Shown one piece after another: positions 62,140-64,000 of a stretch of DNA of 64,000 bases (positions within the stretch are counted from its first letter, which is position 1; each line of letters starts with the position of its first letter). The stretch covers positions 320,001-384,000 of the forward strand of contig CAXWPL010000003.1 in assembly GCA_963666215.2 (NCBI GenBank). The letters run 5' to 3'. This DNA comes from Acidobacteriota bacterium (GTDB lineage Bacteria > Acidobacteriota > UBA890 > WLXD01). The notes below the pieces were generated by a model, which saw only the letters and a program-made list of their open reading frames with translations, made no database searches and was not told the origin of the DNA. Both the position numbers and the translations under genes were made by a program.

Positions 62140-63111
62140 GTGCCTGTATTTTGGGCGGTTCCTGGCGGTACACATGCGTTTGGTAGAGAAGAAGTAGTGC
62201 TAGTTCCCGCGCTCGTCGGCGATTGGTGGCAGGTTGCAGGCATTCCCAACTTGGGGGCCTTCAACAGCAACGGACAGCAGACCGCTGCGTTCGGCCTGTG
62301 GCAGGCGGCCGACGGCACCTGGCAGCTTTGGGGCTGTATCCGCAAGACGAACGTCGGGGGCCAGTCCCGGCTGTTCTACCGCTGGGAGGGCGCCAAGATC
62401 ACCGATACCGAGTGGGAGCCGAACGGTATCGCCATGGTCGCGGAACCCGACTACGGCGAGGCGCCGGGCGGACTGCAAGCGCCTCACGCATCGCGGATCG
62501 GCGACGAGTATCTGATGGTCTACGGCGACTGGGAGAGCGTCTGCCTGGCACGGAGCGACGACGGCAAAAGCTTCGAACGCCGAGTCGTGACCTCCGAGAA
62601 TCCGGAAAATGCGGCTAACCCGGGGAACACCGGCAAGACCGGGATGTTCAACGAGGGACTCGGAAACGCCACTCGCGACCCCATGATCACCAAGATCGGC
62701 GATCTATACCACGTGTACTACACAGCCAGCCCGGGCGGCGTGGGCTCGGTGTACTGCCGGACGTCGCCCGACCTGCGAGCCTGGAGTGAATCCGTGATCG
62801 TCTCGGCCGGGGGCAGCGCCGGCAGCGACTGGAGCGACGGCGAGGAACCCTACGTTCTCTTTCACGACGAGGAAGCGGCCTTCTACCTCTTCCGCACGCA
62901 CACACAGCCCGACACCGAACACATGCTCACGTCGGTCTACCGGTCGACCGATCCGCTCGACTTCGGAGTCGACCACGACGAGAAGCTGGTAACGACTCTG
63001 CCGGCCGAGGCGTCGTGGATCGTCCGCGAGGACAACAACTACTACATCGGCTCGGTGCTGCCGAACCTACAGGGGTACCGCATCGCGCGGCTCGAGTGGG
63101 TCCTTCGATGA
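62140..63111 (+). CDS. Five-bladed beta-propeller glycoside-hydrolase-like protein
   Basis: WQAADGTWQLW.CIR, GLQAPH, TRDPM, RTSPDL..WS, EEPYV. 5' end uncertain. Confidence 0.6.
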   Translation: MPVFWAVPGGTHAFGREEVVLVPALVGDWWQVAGIPNLGAFNSNGQQTAAFGLWQAADGTWQLWGCIRKTNVGGQSRLFYRWEGAKITDTEWEPNGIAMVAEPDYGEAPGGLQAPHASRIGDEYLMVYGDWESVCLARSDDGKSFERRVVTSENPENAANPGNTGKTGMFNEGLGNATRDPMITKIGDLYHVYYTASPGGVGSVYCRTSPDLRAWSESVIVSAGGSAGSDWSDGEEPYVLFHDEEAAFYLFRTHTQPDTEHMLTSVYRSTDPLDFGVDHDEKLVTTLPAEASWIVREDNNYYIGSVLPNLQGYRIARLEWVLR

Positions 63112-63163
63112 TGACGACCGTGGGCTGAGCCGAGCGCCACTCCTGGAGCATAGCGGCGACGAC

Positions 63164-64000
63164 TCAGCGAATGATGTGGAACTCGGTCTGCCTGTTGAGG
63201 TACTCGAAACCGTCCTCCGTAAACGCGACAATCTGGCCGTGGCCGAGCTCGAGACCCTGGTCGCCCCATCCCGGGATGTGCACGTCGATGTGGGGCTCGA
63301 AGGCGTAGAGCGTGTTGGTGTGCAGCTCGTGGTCGTTGGTGACGATCGAGGTCGGAGCATAGCCAGGCCCGGAAGTCATGCCAACGACGGCTGTCTTGGT
63401 CGACAGCATCCAGCCGTCGCGGAGGAAGCGGTAGAAGTACTTCGGCGGCGGGTGGAAGTCATTGGTCGCGCCGACGACGTTTGCGGGGAAGGTCAGCGCC
63501 TCCGACGCCGCAACGATCTCCTTGCCGGTGCGCCCTACATTGAACTCCGCCGCGAAGCGGTCCTCGATGTGGTTGGCCAGATGGAGGGCCGCCCTGAGCT
63601 CTGCGGGCACCTCGGTTTCCCCCGTGCGCAGCACGTAGGCGTACTGATGTGTGTCGGTAACAAGCCCGAACATGAAGATGTCGGTGTCGACGCGGAGAAC
63701 GTCGCCGCGTCGGATCACGACGTCGATGTCGTTGCGCGTCCGCGCTCCAGTGACGTGCTCCAGCGGGTCGTCGTACTTGGCGATGTCGGCGAGACTGCGC
63801 TGGATCGAGATGCTGGGGTGGTTCTCGTGCTCGATGCCGAGATCGGCGGTGCGCTGGCGAAACCACCAGTTGAGGTCGTCGGTCGTCGTGACGTTGGGAA
63901 GTATCACCTGGTTCGAGTAGGCCTCGGCGATGAGGTCATCGGCGATGCCTACCATGTGGCGATAGATATCGATCATGTGAGGGCCGACGGTCTCGTACCA
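63164..64000 (-). CDS. M24-family peptidase, C-terminal part; 5' end outside the window
   Basis: EAYSNQVILPNVTTTDDL.WW, VIRRGD, GLVTDTHQYAYVLR; paralog of 28980-30296. Confidence 0.75.
   Translation of the reverse strand, partial: WYETVGPHMIDIYRHMVGIADDLIAEAYSNQVILPNVTTTDDLNWWFRQRTADLGIEHENHPSISIQRSLADIAKYDDPLEHVTGARTRNDIDVVIRRGDVLRVDTDIFMFGLVTDTHQYAYVLRTGETEVPAELRAALHLANHIEDRFAAEFNVGRTGKEIVAASEALTFPANVVGATNDFHPPPKYFYRFLRDGWMLSTKTAVVGMTSGPGYAPTSIVTNDHELHTNTLYAFEPHIDVHIPGWGDQGLELGHGQIVAFTEDGFEYLNRQTEFHIIR

Noticed and set aside
1-64000. Genome-wide TAG reassignment
   Set aside because: Many intact genes (SDR 1659, VPS10 19635, SLC13 26043, ADOP 37923, aminotransferase 41208) end at TAG exactly where the family C-terminus is expected.

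Overview
High-GC bacterial chromosomal DNA. The gene repertoire (ADOP-type ABC permease, VPS10/BNR propeller, sulfatase-TPR, CRTAC1/ASPIC-UnbV, DUF885-like paralogs, Oar-like TonB receptor, many M20/M24/M28/S9 peptidases) suggests Acidobacteriota, which is an inference. The window holds an intact ilvD-ilvC-ilvB-ilvN cluster with a promoter, a palindrome and a terminator-like hairpin before ilvC, one complete IS481-family element, and many hydrolases and transporters. About 14 genes look broken by in-frame stops, frameshifts, internal deletions or junctions between unrelated gene halves, so the region is either eroding or mis-assembled. The most striking intact locus is a 997-aa ORF (56072-59065) that joins a 7-TM inner-membrane domain, through an internal signal-peptide-like segment, to a heme-type TonB-dependent outer-membrane receptor; a sensor kinase/response regulator pair follows it. 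Other oddities are tandem TupA-like ATP-grasp paralogs sharing an identical 46-nt block, two DUF885-like paralogs each with an in-frame TAG, a Rab-like GTPase operon remnant, and a small protein with a duplicated WHxH-x5-C-x2-N motif. No rRNA, tRNA or CRISPR array was seen. All family calls come from motif recognition by eye; no searches were run.
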